NCBI GenBank assembly: GCA_013288345.1
Contig: JABDCA010000002.1
Coordinates: forward strand, 49,686 to 113,685
Length of the DNA: 64,000 nucleotides
Source of the DNA: Bacteroidota bacterium
Lineage (GTDB): Bacteria > Bacteroidota > Bacteroidia > JABEUT01
Direction: 5' to 3'
A program made the translations under genes and the position numbers. A model generated the notes under the pieces. It was not told the DNA's origin and did not search any database. It was given only the letters and a program-made list of their open reading frames with translations. Of this stretch, positions 29,150-40,955 are shown in pieces. The number at the start of each line of letters is the position of its first letter. The first letter of the stretch is position 1.

Positions 29150-29710
29150 ATGATTGCAGTATTAATAATATGTGGACTTGCTATAATAGGTGCCATAATT
29201 ACATTCAATAACCTTGTTTCTGCTAAAAATGAAGTTGAAAATGCAAATGGCGGACTGGATGCCATGCTTAAAAAGAGGTATGATCTGCTCCCAAATCTCG
29301 TTACTATAGTCAATAATTATATGAACTTTGAAAAAGGAGTACTGGCTGAAGTAACTGATATGCGCACAAAAAGATTATCGGGCAGTGTTTCAGATAATGA
29401 TAAGCATGACTTAGATACTAAAATAGGACAATCAATGAGCAATGTTATGATGTCAGTTGAAAATTATCCAACCCTTAAGGCAGATAGAAGTTTTTTGAAC
29501 TTGCAGGCATCCTGGAATGAAAGCGAGGAACAAATTGCAGCAGCGAGAAGAGCATATAATTCGGCCGTTACTAACTATAATACTTCTTTTGAGGGATTCC
29601 CCGGAAGTATATTTGCAGGTAGCATGAAGTTTGAACATAAGCAAGTAATAGCAATTCCGGATGAGGAGCGCAAGAATGTTAATGCTTCTGAGTTATTTAA
29701 TTCCAAGTAA
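29150..29710 (+). CDS. LemA-family protein
   Basis: N-terminal TM helix and the LemA signature (NEVENANGGLDAMLKKRYDLLPNLV). Confidence 0.8.
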   Translation: MIAVLIICGLAIIGAIITFNNLVSAKNEVENANGGLDAMLKKRYDLLPNLVTIVNNYMNFEKGVLAEVTDMRTKRLSGSVSDNDKHDLDTKIGQSMSNVMMSVENYPTLKADRSFLNLQASWNESEEQIAAARRAYNSAVTNYNTSFEGFPGSIFAGSMKFEHKQVIAIPDEERKNVNASELFNSK

Positions 29711-29746
29711 TTCATTTAATCTAACCACGCTGAATTCTCCCATTAA

Positions 29747-30670
29747 ATGAAAACAGAAGGAGAATTGGCGCAGTTCTTTTCTGATGTACTGGCAAAGAAG
29801 CTAGCAGGAATTGAAAGAATCCGCATTAAGACTGGAAGAAATCGTAACAGAATAATTGCTCTGATTGCAATTATTTGTACACTTTTAATGACCTATTTTC
29901 TTTTATATGACTCTGGAGATTTATTTGGCGGGATTATTTTCATTATGCCAATTATTTTGTGCTTTCTTTATATTATTTCCTTATCATTAAAAGATAGGTA
30001 TGCAACTGCTTTTAAGAAGGAAATTATATATGCCATGGTTAAGTTTTATGATAGCAGACTTACATATACACCAGATCGTGGTATATTACCTAATGCTGTT
30101 GAGATAAGCGATTTATTTACAGGTGCTGTAAGTAAATCAAGTGATTATGTTGAAGGCCAACTTGATGAAACTTTTATTCAATTTTCAAAAATCAGCCTTG
30201 TCAATAATGGGTTTACCGGAATATTTATGATTTCTAGTTTCAATAAATATTATAATGGTAATTATACAATCCTTCAAAGAAGTTATACCGGAATTGAATC
30301 GCTTATCGGTAAAGTATTCCATACAATTGATAATGAGATTCTCGCGCCAATAAAAATGGAGAACCCTGATTTTGAAAAGGAATTTGTTGTTTTTGGTACA
30401 AATGATATTGAAACAAGATATATCATTACTCCTGCTTTTATGGAAAAGATGCTTGAGTTTAGAAGTAAAGCAAATAATGATTTGTATATATCATTCAGGC
30501 GTTCACGCATGTTTCTTGCTTTTGGAACGAAGTCATGGAATATATTTGAGCCAGACCTAAATAAGCAGGCAACCCTTGAAGATATTGAACAATGGGGTAG
30601 GGCATTACAATTGGCAATTGGTATGGTTGAGGAATTTGGCCTTAATACCCGAATTTGGAGTAAGCAGTAA
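29747..30670 (+). CDS. DUF3137-like membrane protein (usual LemA partner)
   Basis: Two TM helices near the N-terminus, about 300 aa, immediately downstream of lemA, AT-rich. Confidence 0.5.
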   Translation: MKTEGELAQFFSDVLAKKLAGIERIRIKTGRNRNRIIALIAIICTLLMTYFLLYDSGDLFGGIIFIMPIILCFLYIISLSLKDRYATAFKKEIIYAMVKFYDSRLTYTPDRGILPNAVEISDLFTGAVSKSSDYVEGQLDETFIQFSKISLVNNGFTGIFMISSFNKYYNGNYTILQRSYTGIESLIGKVFHTIDNEILAPIKMENPDFEKEFVVFGTNDIETRYIITPAFMEKMLEFRSKANNDLYISFRRSRMFLAFGTKSWNIFEPDLNKQATLEDIEQWGRALQLAIGMVEEFGLNTRIWSKQ

Positions 30671-30672
30671 AG

Positions 30673-31773
30673 TTAATTACTCTTACTCTGTTCCATTATA
30701 AATTTCACTACATCAACGCCATCAGCATAATCCCATAGTTTAGGCGATTGAGTATCTCCAAGACATACAATGGGTATAGGCAGCTCGTCCAATTTCTTAA
30801 TAACTCTCTCGTTGGCTGCAATGCATTGTATCAATTCCTTTTGGGTTGATAGCGATTTAGCAAGAGTTGGGAGGTCATTGTACCTTTCGCAGTGTAACAC
30901 AGCAATAGAAGATGGAATAGCCTTATCTTCAATAACAGCCAAAAAATTGTTGTCGGTAAATACTTTACCGTCCATCAGGAATATAGTGCGGTTGTAGGTA
31001 TAATTGTTCGCGTATTTATGGTGGTTTATCACGTTGCTGAATTTCTCAATACCTCTGAAAAATATACCAAGGTCGTAATCTTGCGGCACATACATTTTTG
31101 AGATATTCCTGCAGCCCAGGCCATAATAGCTAAAAATATCTTCTCCCAGTTTGCCGATCTCTTCCGATGTTTCAGTTCCGTCTAATATGGCAATGCCATT
31201 CCGGTTTTTACGGATGATGTGCGGCACATTTCTGAAGTAATACTCAAAATGTTTGGCGGTATTATTACTGCCTGTTGCTATAATGGCATTTGCCGAAGGC
31301 GAGAGTTTCTCTATAAACTGAATGTGTTTTTCCCATTCCGGTTCAATGGCAATAAGTTTTTTTGCCATAAACTTCATGAGTATGTTATCGGCATGCGATT
31401 GCTTGGCACTAATATTGTTTCCGGTGATGAGTATACACACAAAATCGTGGAAGCCAACCATTGGTATATTGCCTGCCATAACTACGCTTATAGTTATTGG
31501 TTTTGTATTCTCTTTTTGTAATTCAGGGTATTTCGCCAGCCATTCTTCCAGCATCTTAATATTCAGCCAGGGCTCTATCCCTTTTAAAGCGCTTAAAATG
31601 CTATCTCTTGTAAACCAACCATTTTGCTGTTCAGCTAATTTAAGGGCAGTATTCCAATCTTCGTGCTTTGGCAATGATGGTTCCTTTAAGAACTCCCGTA
31701 GTTCATTGCCCAATTGGTTAAAACTCTTAATTGCTTCCGATTGCTTCATAGCTCGTAAAAGTAACTTATTCAT
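30673..31773 (-). CDS. Acyl-CoA reductase (LuxC-family)-like protein
   Basis: About 366 aa; the overall pattern matches LuxC-type acyl-CoA reductases of Bacteroidetes. Moderate confidence. Confidence 0.55.
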   Translation of the reverse strand: MNKLLLRAMKQSEAIKSFNQLGNELREFLKEPSLPKHEDWNTALKLAEQQNGWFTRDSILSALKGIEPWLNIKMLEEWLAKYPELQKENTKPITISVVMAGNIPMVGFHDFVCILITGNNISAKQSHADNILMKFMAKKLIAIEPEWEKHIQFIEKLSPSANAIIATGSNNTAKHFEYYFRNVPHIIRKNRNGIAILDGTETSEEIGKLGEDIFSYYGLGCRNISKMYVPQDYDLGIFFRGIEKFSNVINHHKYANNYTYNRTIFLMDGKVFTDNNFLAVIEDKAIPSSIAVLHCERYNDLPTLAKSLSTQKELIQCIAANERVIKKLDELPIPIVCLGDTQSPKLWDYADGVDVVKFIMEQSKSN

Positions 31774-31990
31774 TCAGCAGAATTACGTAATATAAATGAA
31801 ATTAGCCCTGTGATGTTCTTATTTGCTTAATAGTTGCATAAAAAGCTATAAAGAGATAAATAAAAATAATGCGATTTAGCTACTAACATTCAGTATATAT
31901 GCCTAAGTTTGGGATTGTATTTCTGTCTTGAATTATCAAGATTTTTAATACCCTGGAAATTAAAATAGAAACAATTTTGTTAATCACATA

Positions 31991-34900
31991 TTGAAATTCA
32001 TCATGAGAAAACTTACACTTGTATTTTTAATCGGAGTTCTTTGTAGTTCAATTACAAATGCGAAAGTCATAACCCCTTTTTTTGATGGCGGTGATGATTG
32101 GGGGACAATTAAAACAACATCAGCGGTTTGTCCTACTATTACCGTTAGCACGTCAAGCCAAACAAATGTAAAGTGCTATGGCCAAAGTACAGGTGCGGTA
32201 ACTGTAACTGCATCAGGTGGTACAGCTCCTTATAATTATTTATGGTCTCCAGGTGGACAAACTGCAGCCAGCTTAGCTGGTCTCCCTGCAGGTAGCTATA
32301 CTGTAACCGCTACCGATAATAATTCCTGTACCGGAACTTTAACAGTAACCATAACTCAACCTGCAGCTGCGTTATCAGCTTCTACTTCTACTGTGCCATC
32401 GTCTACTATTTGTAGTGGTACCTCAGCTACTATATCGGCTAATGTATCAGGTGGTACAACTCCATATACTTATTCATGGACGCAGGGTGGAACCACTTCA
32501 AACATTACGGTTAGCCCAGCCAGCACTACAATTTATAGCGTAAGCATAACTGATGCCAATTCATGTTCAACTAATGGTGCGCAAAATATTACTGTAAACA
32601 CAACACCTTCAGTTGTTGCTACGGCCAGTGTTAGTACTATTTGCCCTGGTGGCAGCAGCCCATTATCCGGAAGTGGTGCAAGTACCTATTCATGGTCTCC
32701 ATCAGCTGGGTTAACAGTTACAACGGGAAATTATATAACTGCCAGCCCAACTGTTACAACTACGTATACCTGTACCGGCACAAGTTCAGGGTGTGCTAGT
32801 ACATCTACTGTAACCGTTACAGTAAATCCATCACCAACCATTACAGTTACTCCGCCTTCTGCTGCTTATTGTTCAGGTAGTAAAGCTACACTTGTGGCAT
32901 CAGGTGCTACCAGTTATAACTGGAGCCCTACTACTAATTTAAGTACTCCTTCAAGTGCTTCTGTAATTGCTTCACCAACAACTTCCATAACCTATACGGT
33001 TAATGGTACAGGTGCTAACGGCTGTTCTTCATCTATACCTGTTATAGTTACTGTGTACCCAAATCCTGCTACTCCGACTTTAGGTAGTAATAGCCCGGTA
33101 TGTTCAGGGAACGCGCTTAACCTTACATTAAATGGAATTGGTGCAACATTTAGCTGGACGGGCCCCAACAGTTTTATTTCGAGTTCCCAAAACCCTACCA
33201 TAAGCAATTCCACAACAGCGGCATCGGGCACATACAGCGCAACAGTAACTTCATCAGTTGGATGTACCAGTCCGATTGCTACAGCATCTGTAACTGTTAA
33301 TGCCACACCAACAATAACTATGCAATCTACTAACCCTTCAATTTGTCCGGGTGGTAGCAGTTCGTTAACAGCTACGGGTACAAGTTCATATACCTGGGCA
33401 CCGGCGGCAGCCATAAGTTATATTAGCATGGGTAATGCTACCGCTACCCCCACGGTTACTACTACGTATACGGCAACCGGAACAGCTATTAATGGCTGTG
33501 TTAATACAGGTACAACAATAGTAAAAGTTGAGGTACTATCTATAAACATGAATACGGTCAACGTATCATGCAATGGTTTAACCAATGGAAATATAACTGC
33601 TGTAGTTGCAGGCGGTACACCTAAGTATAGCTATAACTGGAATACTGGAGCAACAACCCAACTGATATACAATTTGCCTACCGGAACATATTCAGTAGTA
33701 GTAAAAGATTCTATAGGTTGTAAAGATTCTACTACTGCTAAAATAATTCAACCAAGTTCACTAAGTGTAACTACAAGCGCTACCAATACCAGTTGTGGCA
33801 AAGCCAATGGAACTGTTACTGCCAGCCCAACAGGTGGTACAGCACCATATAATTATTTATGGACAACTACTCCTGCACAGGCGGGAGCAACAGTTACAGG
33901 CCTTGCATCGGGAACATACAGCGTAACATTAACTGATGGAAGTGGCTGTACCGCTAATTTCCAGGCAACTGTAGGCGCTTCAAACAGCCCTGTAATAACT
34001 CCAATTATTACTAACAGCACATGCGGCAATAAAAATGGCAGAGCCCAAGTGGTTATGAGTGGTGGTACTCCACCATACCGTTATTCATGGAACAATGGCG
34101 ATACACTTTCTACCGATAGTAATATGGCTGCAGCAACCTATGTAATAACCGTTACCGATGCATCGGGTTGTTTTACATTTGAGCCTGTTAATATTAATGA
34201 TGCGACAGGCCCGACCATAAAGACTAGCTCAATTACTAATGTGAGTTGCAGTGGAGGTTCTAACGGAGCTATTACACTGAATGTAACCGGAGGTGCAGGA
34301 GGATATAAGTACAAATGGTCGAATGGTGCTACTACAGCAAGTATTAGCGGCCTTCAATCAGGGCCATATCTTATAACGGTTACAGATGCAGGTGGTTGCG
34401 TAGCTGTAAGTACAATAAATATTACTGAACCAGCAGTACTTGTTACCAATGTAGTTACTTCAGCAGCAGGCTGCGGAGCTTCTACCGGTGGCGCAGGTGT
34501 GGCTGTTTCGGGTGGTACTGCACCTTATACTTATTTATGGAATACAGGCGCTACAGCTTATAATATTACCAATGTAGCAGCAGGCACATACACTGTTACC
34601 GTTACTGATAAAGCGGGATGTACTTTAACAGACCTTGCTTCTATTGTTAATCCAACAGGCCCATTAGTTACGTTAGACTCAGTTATTGATATGAACTGCG
34701 CTACTAAAACATTGGGGCAGATAGTAATAACCGCCAGCGGTGGTACTCCACCTTACTCTTATTTATGGAGCAATAGTGCTACTACCCAAAATGTTGCAGG
34801 CCTTAATGCGGGTAATTATGCCGTAACGGTTATGGATGCAGCAGGTTGTAAAGGTGCAGCCGGAGCTACTATTACCACTGCTTTGCCAACAGGTGCAACA

Positions 34901-35755
34901 ATATGTATGGTTACAGTTAACCCTAAAACAGGCCTCAATACCTTAACATGGGATTCGATCAATCCTGAAAAGATTCAGGAGTACCTGATATACAGGCAAA
35001 CTACAACACCGGGTGTATATAATGTTATAGGCCATTCGGGTGGTAACTCAGGTACTTATGTAGATACACTTTCAAATGCAGGCAAACGTAGCTGGTGGTA
35101 TGAAATATCTGAGCTTGATTCATGTGGACAGTCTTCCCCTATAAGCGCAGGTATTTTGTTTAAGACAATTCACCTTACTGCAACTGCAAATGCAAATAAT
35201 TCGGTAAACCTGGTATGGGATAACTTCGAGGGTGCAACCTTCCAGCGATATATAATTTATCGTGATAGCTTACCGGGTGTTATCAGCGATAGTATTGCAT
35301 CAGTAGATACAAACACGTTTGGCTATGTAGATAAACCTCCTTTCAGAACCAAATGGTATTACCATGTTGGTATTGGAGGTGCTTTTGGTTGTTCCCTGGT
35401 TCCAAAAATGCCGCACCAGGCACTGTCTATCAACTATAATGCTTCAAAATCGAACACAGGTAATATAACTTTTTCAACTGTGGGTATTCAAACCATATCC
35501 TCCGTTAATTCGCTCAATGTATATCCTAACCCTACCAGAGGGGTGTTTACTATGAGCCTTGACCTGGATAAACAACAGAATGTACAGGTGAAGATATATG
35601 ACGCTTTGGGAAGGGCTATTGAAGAGGATAACTATGGCACACAAAGCGGTAAGATATTGAAGCAGTTCGACCTTAGTGCATTAAGTAAAGGAATATATAC
35701 CGTGCAGGTAATTACCGGCGACGGTGTTACCTACCGTAAGGTAGTGATTCAATAG
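31991..35755 (+). CDS. Large T9SS-secreted cell-surface protein with SprB-type repeats
   Basis: Signal peptide; many 'NVxCNGxxNGxITAxxxGGTxPYxYxW' SprB repeats; C-terminal Por_Secre_tail-type sorting domain (LNVYPNPTRGVFTM...GIYTVQV...). Confidence 0.85.
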   Translation: MKFIMRKLTLVFLIGVLCSSITNAKVITPFFDGGDDWGTIKTTSAVCPTITVSTSSQTNVKCYGQSTGAVTVTASGGTAPYNYLWSPGGQTAASLAGLPAGSYTVTATDNNSCTGTLTVTITQPAAALSASTSTVPSSTICSGTSATISANVSGGTTPYTYSWTQGGTTSNITVSPASTTIYSVSITDANSCSTNGAQNITVNTTPSVVATASVSTICPGGSSPLSGSGASTYSWSPSAGLTVTTGNYITASPTVTTTYTCTGTSSGCASTSTVTVTVNPSPTITVTPPSAAYCSGSKATLVASGATSYNWSPTTNLSTPSSASVIASPTTSITYTVNGTGANGCSSSIPVIVTVYPNPATPTLGSNSPVCSGNALNLTLNGIGATFSWTGPNSFISSSQNPTISNSTTAASGTYSATVTSSVGCTSPIATASVTVNATPTITMQSTNPSICPGGSSSLTATGTSSYTWAPAAAISYISMGNATATPTVTTTYTATGTAINGCVNTGTTIVKVEVLSINMNTVNVSCNGLTNGNITAVVAGGTPKYSYNWNTGATTQLIYNLPTGTYSVVVKDSIGCKDSTTAKIIQPSSLSVTTSATNTSCGKANGTVTASPTGGTAPYNYLWTTTPAQAGATVTGLASGTYSVTLTDGSGCTANFQATVGASNSPVITPIITNSTCGNKNGRAQVVMSGGTPPYRYSWNNGDTLSTDSNMAAATYVITVTDASGCFTFEPVNINDATGPTIKTSSITNVSCSGGSNGAITLNVTGGAGGYKYKWSNGATTASISGLQSGPYLITVTDAGGCVAVSTINITEPAVLVTNVVTSAAGCGASTGGAGVAVSGGTAPYTYLWNTGATAYNITNVAAGTYTVTVTDKAGCTLTDLASIVNPTGPLVTLDSVIDMNCATKTLGQIVITASGGTPPYSYLWSNSATTQNVAGLNAGNYAVTVMDAAGCKGAAGATITTALPTGATICMVTVNPKTGLNTLTWDSINPEKIQEYLIYRQTTTPGVYNVIGHSGGNSGTYVDTLSNAGKRSWWYEISELDSCGQSSPISAGILFKTIHLTATANANNSVNLVWDNFEGATFQRYIIYRDSLPGVISDSIASVDTNTFGYVDKPPFRTKWYYHVGIGGAFGCSLVPKMPHQALSINYNASKSNTGNITFSTVGIQTISSVNSLNVYPNPTRGVFTMSLDLDKQQNVQVKIYDALGRAIEEDNYGTQSGKILKQFDLSALSKGIYTVQVITGDGVTYRKVVIQ

Positions 35756-35797
35756 AGATATTAAAAAAGGGTTGCAGGGAGAAAGTATCATTTTATA

Positions 35798-35805
35798 TAT
35801 CTTTG
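35798..35805 (+). promoter_or_regulatory. Candidate -7 box (TATCTTTG) for the ferredoxin gene
   Basis: TAnnTTTG consensus about 22 nt upstream of the ATG. Confidence 0.3.
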
Positions 35806-35827
35806 CATCTCTTTAACAAGAACTATT

Positions 35828-36175
35828 ATGGCAATTAGAATAACTGACGAATGTATCAACTGCGGGGCATGTGAACCCGAGTGCCCGAATAATGCAATAT
35901 ATGAAGGTGGCAACGAATGGCGTTTTGGCGATGGAACCTCTGTTAAAGGCATGTATGCCGCTAAGAGTGGTTTGGTAGCCGATGCTGACGCTCCACAACA
36001 ACCTGTTGAATTGGATAGGTACTATATTGTATCTGATAAATGTACCGAGTGTAAAGGCTTCCATGATGAGCCACAATGCGCTTCGGTTTGTCCTGTAGAC
36101 TGCTGTATATTAGATGATGCTCATAAGGAGTCTGAAGCAGAGCTACTTGAAAAGAAGGCTTCACTTCACATCTGA
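35828..36175 (+). CDS. 4Fe-4S ferredoxin
   Basis: [12 protein letters not shown] and [22 protein letters not shown] cluster motifs. Confidence 0.85.
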   Translation: MAIRITDECINCGACEPECPNNAIYEGGNEWRFGDGTSVKGMYAAKSGLVADADAPQQPVELDRYYIVSDKCTECKGFHDEPQCASVCPVDCCILDDAHKESEAELLEKKASLHI

Positions 36176-38637
36176 GGCTCCGACGAGGAAGACAAAGCTT
36201 TTAGCTTTTCGTCCAGTTGCATAAAGTCCTTTATCATTACTTCACGCGCTTTGCTGCCCTCAAATGCACCAATGATTCCTGCTGCCTGTAACTGATCTAT
36301 TATTCTACCTGCACGGTTGTAGCCTATTTTTAATCTACGCTGTAATAATGATGCTGAGCCTTGTTGGGTTTCTACTACAATACGTGCGCATTGGTCAAAC
36401 AAAGCATCTTTTTCGTTAGCGCTGAATTCAACATTGCCATCTTCGCTGCCTTCTTCCACATATTCCGGCAATTGGAAGGCTTGTGGATAAGCTTGTTGTG
36501 CACCAATATAATCGGTTATTTCTTCTACTTCGTTGGTACTTACAAAAGCGCATTGTAAGCGTATTAAGTCGCTACCTGTAGCCAATAACATATCACCACG
36601 GCCAATTAACTGATCTGCGCCACCTGAATCAAGTATGGTACGCGAATCTATCTTAGATATTACCCTGAAAGCAATACGTGCAGGGAAGTTGGCTTTAATA
36701 GTTCCCGTAATAATGTTTACCGATGGGCGCTGAGTTGCAATAATTAAATGGATACCTATTGCTCGCGCCAACTGTGCCAACCTGGCTATTGGTGTTTCTA
36801 CTTCTTTGCCTGCGGTCATAATCAAATCGGCAAACTCATCTACAATAAGCACTATGTATGGCAGGTATTTGTGGCCCTTCTCGGGGTTAAGTTTGCGGGC
36901 TACAAACTTTTCGTTGTACTCTTTTATATTCCGTACCTGTGCATCTTTCAACAGGTCGTAACGCTGGTCCATTTCAATACAAAGCGAATTGAGTGTATGT
37001 ATTACCTTTTTTGTATCGGTAATAATTGCCTCACCTGAATTAGGCAGCTTTGCTAAAAAGTGTCTTTCAATTTTATTGAAAAGTGTAAGCTCAACCTTCT
37101 TCGGATCAACCAATACAAACTTAATTTGCGATGGATGCTTTTTGTATAACAGGGAAACAAGTACTGCATTCAATCCTACCGATTTACCTTGCCCAGTTGA
37201 ACCCGCCATAAGCAAGTGAGGCATTTTGGCAAGGTCAATTACAAAAGGCTGGTCAGATATGGTTTTGCCTAGACCAATGGGCAGTTCCATATTTGCTTTC
37301 TGAAATTGGTCTGACGCCAGAATAGATTTCATGCTTACCATACCCGGGTTGCGATTAGGTACTTCGATACCTATTGTACCCTGACCAGGCATTGGGGCTA
37401 TAATACGTATTCCCAATGCAGATAAGCTAAGAGCTATATCATCTTCGAGGTTTTTGATCTTCGAGATACGTGTACCATCTTGCGGAACAATTTCGTAAAG
37501 CGTTACAGTGGGGCCTGGAGTAGCTTTTATTTTTTTAATGCCGATGCTGTAATTGGCAAGTGTGGCAACAATCCTGTCCTTATTGGCTGTCAGTTCATCC
37601 TGGTCAATTTGTACGCTTTCTTTGCCATAATCCTGCAATAAACTAAGTGGAGGGAATTTGTATGATGAGAGATCAAGGGTAGGGTCATATGCAGAAGCGG
37701 GTAGTTCTATCTTTTCTTCTACAATCTTTATTTCTTCTTTTACTTCAGGCGCTTTTTCAATCGAGAATTCAACACTATCAGAAGGTTTTACCACCGGCGT
37801 TTTCTTTTCTTCAACTACGGGCGTAACAGGTTCTACATTAAACTCTATAGCTGTGGGTGGAGGCACATCTTTAACAATGTTCTTAGGCTTCTCTACTTTC
37901 AATATAGGTTCTTCAATTTCGTGCCTTTCACTTTCAGCCGGCTCTGCTACTTCTTCTTCAATTTCAGGTGCATCGGGTTTTGTAAACGAAGGAATTTTTA
38001 CCAGGTTATTGATAAGTAAAAAGGCTATTCCTACAAAAGAGAGTGAGAGCAGAGTTCCAATCCTTCCAATCATTCCATCGAGCCACGATGCAGAGTAGTA
38101 GCCAATGCCACCACCCATGAACAGGTAGTTCTTGTTGAATATATATCCCATCATTACACAGGTCCACAACATTACAAACAGCGTAATGCGAATGGTCTTT
38201 GCCATGGGTAGTAAAGTGACGTTCAGTAATAGTTTTACCCCGGTAATAAAAGAGAGTAGGGCAATGCCGTATGCAGCAATACCAAACCAACGGTTCATAA
38301 ATACGTTCGAAAGCAGTGCTCCGAAGTTGCCGAGCCAGTTGGCAGTCTTAACACTTGTGGAGAGCAGATCGTGCACTGGGCCGCTTACTTTATCGTAATC
38401 TACCTGCCATGTAAACAGGAAGGATGTGAATGCTAAAACAAGACAAATAGCAAAAAGAATTAAGAACAAACCCGATAAAGCCGCTATTTTGTATCTCTCC
38501 AGCCAATCCTTAATGCGTTGCATACGTGGGCCCGAAGGTGTACTTTTTTCTTCCTTTTCTTTCTCAACTACTTTTTCCTCTTTCTCCTTTTCGGGAGTAG
38601 CGTCGTCTTTGAGCTTATTTGAATAGCGCTTGGCCAT
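36166..38637 (-). CDS. ftsK: DNA translocase FtsK/SpoIIIE
   Basis: N-terminal TM segment, Pro/Glu-rich linker, ATPase domain (GSTGQGKSV Walker A), C-terminal gamma domain. The 3' end overlaps the ferredoxin gene by 10 nt. Confidence 0.9.
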   Translation of the reverse strand: MAKRYSNKLKDDATPEKEKEEKVVEKEKEEKSTPSGPRMQRIKDWLERYKIAALSGLFLILFAICLVLAFTSFLFTWQVDYDKVSGPVHDLLSTSVKTANWLGNFGALLSNVFMNRWFGIAAYGIALLSFITGVKLLLNVTLLPMAKTIRITLFVMLWTCVMMGYIFNKNYLFMGGGIGYYSASWLDGMIGRIGTLLSLSFVGIAFLLINNLVKIPSFTKPDAPEIEEEVAEPAESERHEIEEPILKVEKPKNIVKDVPPPTAIEFNVEPVTPVVEEKKTPVVKPSDSVEFSIEKAPEVKEEIKIVEEKIELPASAYDPTLDLSSYKFPPLSLLQDYGKESVQIDQDELTANKDRIVATLANYSIGIKKIKATPGPTVTLYEIVPQDGTRISKIKNLEDDIALSLSALGIRIIAPMPGQGTIGIEVPNRNPGMVSMKSILASDQFQKANMELPIGLGKTISDQPFVIDLAKMPHLLMAGSTGQGKSVGLNAVLVSLLYKKHPSQIKFVLVDPKKVELTLFNKIERHFLAKLPNSGEAIITDTKKVIHTLNSLCIEMDQRYDLLKDAQVRNIKEYNEKFVARKLNPEKGHKYLPYIVLIVDEFADLIMTAGKEVETPIARLAQLARAIGIHLIIATQRPSVNIITGTIKANFPARIAFRVISKIDSRTILDSGGADQLIGRGDMLLATGSDLIRLQCAFVSTNEVEEITDYIGAQQAYPQAFQLPEYVEEGSEDGNVEFSANEKDALFDQCARIVVETQQGSASLLQRRLKIGYNRAGRIIDQLQAAGIIGAFEGSKAREVMIKDFMQLDEKLKALSSSSEPQM

Positions 38638-38745
38638 AAATTATATAATCTACCAAAAATAAGGTAAGCATTAGCTATATAAAACGTTAAAGGCTTTATT
38701 TTATTCACTTTTATATGTGAAAAACCTTGACAATGGAACACGGAT

Positions 38746-38790
38746 GACACAGATTCAACAGATTTTCACAGACGTGTTTGTTGATTCGTG
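38746..38790. repeat. Degenerate CACAGAK-array element (acacagat / aacagat / cacagac ... gtgtttgttgattcgtg) in the ftsK upstream region
   Basis: Read directly in the sequence. The same heptamer unit and roughly 10-nt spacing as the arrays at 3142-3242 and 43872-44297. Confidence 0.45.
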
Positions 38791-38807
38791 TAATTAGTGG
38801 CTAAAAA

Positions 38808-40046
38808 CTAAGCTGTTTTATTCAACCCTTTTTTTGCAAATACCCTTACAGGGTACCAGGAAGAGAAGAAGCCTATAATGAGTACGGCTCCAAATACGTA
38901 GAGGTAATCCATAAATTGCAGACTTACAGGGTAGGCATCAACCACAAAGCCTGAACTGAAATGAATTAATTTGAAATGAATTTGAACAAGGCAAATAGCA
39001 GTACCAATAACAAGCCCGATACTGGCACCAATAAAAGTAATGAGTAATCCTTCGTACAAAAATATCTTTTGAATGGAGTTGTTGTCTACTCCCATTTTCC
39101 AGAGTATGTCTATATCTTTTTCTTTATCTAAAATAAGCATGGATAAGGAGCCAACTATATTGAATGTGGCTATTACCAATACCATAGCTAGTATAATAAA
39201 TGTGAGTAGTTTCTCTGTTTTAAGGGTGCGAAACAGCATTTCATTTTGTTCGTAGCGGTCCTTTACTTTATAATCGTTACCCAGTGTTCCTCTTATTTTT
39301 TGTTTTACTTTTTCTATATCTGCATTCTTTGCAATGCCCAGCTCTATGCTACTTACAGAACTATCCTTGTAATCGAATAATCGCCTTGTAAAACCAATAG
39401 ATGTAATTACATATTGATAATCAAAGTCGTCGTTAATAGAAAACATGCCTGCTGGGTATATATGCATTTCAGTAATGGCATCTTCAGGATTAACAAAGCC
39501 TTGCTGTATACCACGCTTAGGTGCATAGCACGATATAGAATAGTAATCGGCATTGGTTTGAGCAATGTTAAGCATATAGCCAACACCACGCCCGAATACG
39601 CCATAATCGAGCTGACCTTTTTGCAGTGCAAAACTGCCTTGGCGCATTAGGGTATCGAAATTGGTCATTGGGCTGAACTCTTTGCTTACGCCTTTTATCA
39701 TGGCCAGTGTTTGCTGGTCGTTGAATTTGAGCAAGGCCCTGTCCTGTAGTACTTGCGTAAAATAATTCACTCCCTCGTAATGTTTTATGCTTTCAAATTT
39801 TGGCCCATTCGGAATAAAGGTCTTGCCCTTTGCTACAGTAATTTGCAGGTCGGCCCCGAAGGAATTATAAAGCGAACGTACAAGGTTAGATATGCCGTTA
39901 AAAGCCGATAACACAATAATAAGCGCCATGGTGCCAATAGCAATGCCACCCAAAGCCACACCCGAAATAATATTAATGGCGTTATGCGACTTTTTAGATA
40001 CCAGGTACCGGCGGGCTATAAATAAAGGTAAGTTCATTAAGAACAA
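38808..40046 (-). CDS. LolC/LolE-like lipoprotein-release ABC permease (FtsX-fold)
   Basis: MNLPLFIARRYL... N-terminus, four TM helices, and a large periplasmic loop. Confidence 0.8.
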   Translation of the reverse strand: MFLMNLPLFIARRYLVSKKSHNAINIISGVALGGIAIGTMALIIVLSAFNGISNLVRSLYNSFGADLQITVAKGKTFIPNGPKFESIKHYEGVNYFTQVLQDRALLKFNDQQTLAMIKGVSKEFSPMTNFDTLMRQGSFALQKGQLDYGVFGRGVGYMLNIAQTNADYYSISCYAPKRGIQQGFVNPEDAITEMHIYPAGMFSINDDFDYQYVITSIGFTRRLFDYKDSSVSSIELGIAKNADIEKVKQKIRGTLGNDYKVKDRYEQNEMLFRTLKTEKLLTFIILAMVLVIATFNIVGSLSMLILDKEKDIDILWKMGVDNNSIQKIFLYEGLLITFIGASIGLVIGTAICLVQIHFKLIHFSSGFVVDAYPVSLQFMDYLYVFGAVLIIGFFSSWYPVRVFAKKGLNKTA

Positions 40047-40101
40047 AAATACGATAAAGATTCACGTCGGCTTCACCTCGCAGGGCGGACTGCAATAAGC
40101 G

Positions 40102-40923
40102 CTAATATTTCTTTTTTTCTATAAGAACGTCGTCCTTATATACTTCTTCCTTGATTAATTTGCCTTTCTCATCAAAATAGCTCCATTTACCTGTTTTTAT
40201 TCCAGCCCTGTTTAAATGACCATTACTAGTGATAGTATCTTCATATTGTTCCAACGATTTCAGTTGCCCATTCTCATACCACATTTTTAATATGCCATAA
40301 CAATGCCCATAATGTATAATACCCTCAAGCCTTTTATTACCATTGCAGTAATAACTCGTAAGTAAAAAAGGTCGTACAGATTTCATTGAATCCCTACCAA
40401 TAAGCTGACCATTTTCGCACCAAGCTTCAGTATAAACCCAGTCATAGTTAAATGGGTACACTTCTTTTTTATTCAGTAGGGATACATCAATTTGCCTAAC
40501 CTTTTTACTATGATAATACATTATTAGCTGACGTGTATTGTCTTTATTAACGGCTAATTTTTTTATAACCCCATCCGGGTACCAAACAGTGTCTTCATCA
40601 ATGCCATCGGGTTCAACTGGGTAAGCATATTTTTCTCCAAGCTGACCCTCTTTATACCATTCGGTATAGCTGCCACTATCAGCAGTTTTATATTCTCTGT
40701 ATTTATGCTTCATTTCCTTGTCCCAATATAATACGACCCAACTACCTTTAGCCGTATCACGGTGTTTTAAGTAATAGTCGGTACTATCCATATATGCCTC
40801 GGGCATCTGATTTGGCCAGTGTCGAACATTTACGGTGTCTCCAACCCAATACTTATGTTCTTGGGTAAATGCAAGATTGCATAGGGCAAGAATAAAGAAA
40901 GGTATGAGTAGTGTTTTTCGCAT
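40102..40923 (-). CDS. Secreted MORN-variant / YwqK-family repeat protein
   Basis: Signal peptide and repeated 'WYxNGQL/WYPDGxxK' motifs. Confidence 0.55.
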   Translation of the reverse strand: MRKTLLIPFFILALCNLAFTQEHKYWVGDTVNVRHWPNQMPEAYMDSTDYYLKHRDTAKGSWVVLYWDKEMKHKYREYKTADSGSYTEWYKEGQLGEKYAYPVEPDGIDEDTVWYPDGVIKKLAVNKDNTRQLIMYYHSKKVRQIDVSLLNKKEVYPFNYDWVYTEAWCENGQLIGRDSMKSVRPFLLTSYYCNGNKRLEGIIHYGHCYGILKMWYENGQLKSLEQYEDTITSNGHLNRAGIKTGKWSYFDEKGKLIKEEVYKDDVLIEKKKY

Positions 40924-40955
40924 TTCCTTTAGAAATTTCCTATGGGCTCTGCCTC

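Noticed and set aside
32992-33414. 140-aa minus-strand ORF
   Set aside because: It is antisense within the SprB-repeat gene, and the repetitive Thr/Gly codons give a spurious open frame.
37658-38098. 146-aa plus-strand ORF (Ser/Thr/Gly-rich)
   Set aside because: It is antisense inside ftsK, and the low-complexity translation is typical of an antisense artefact.
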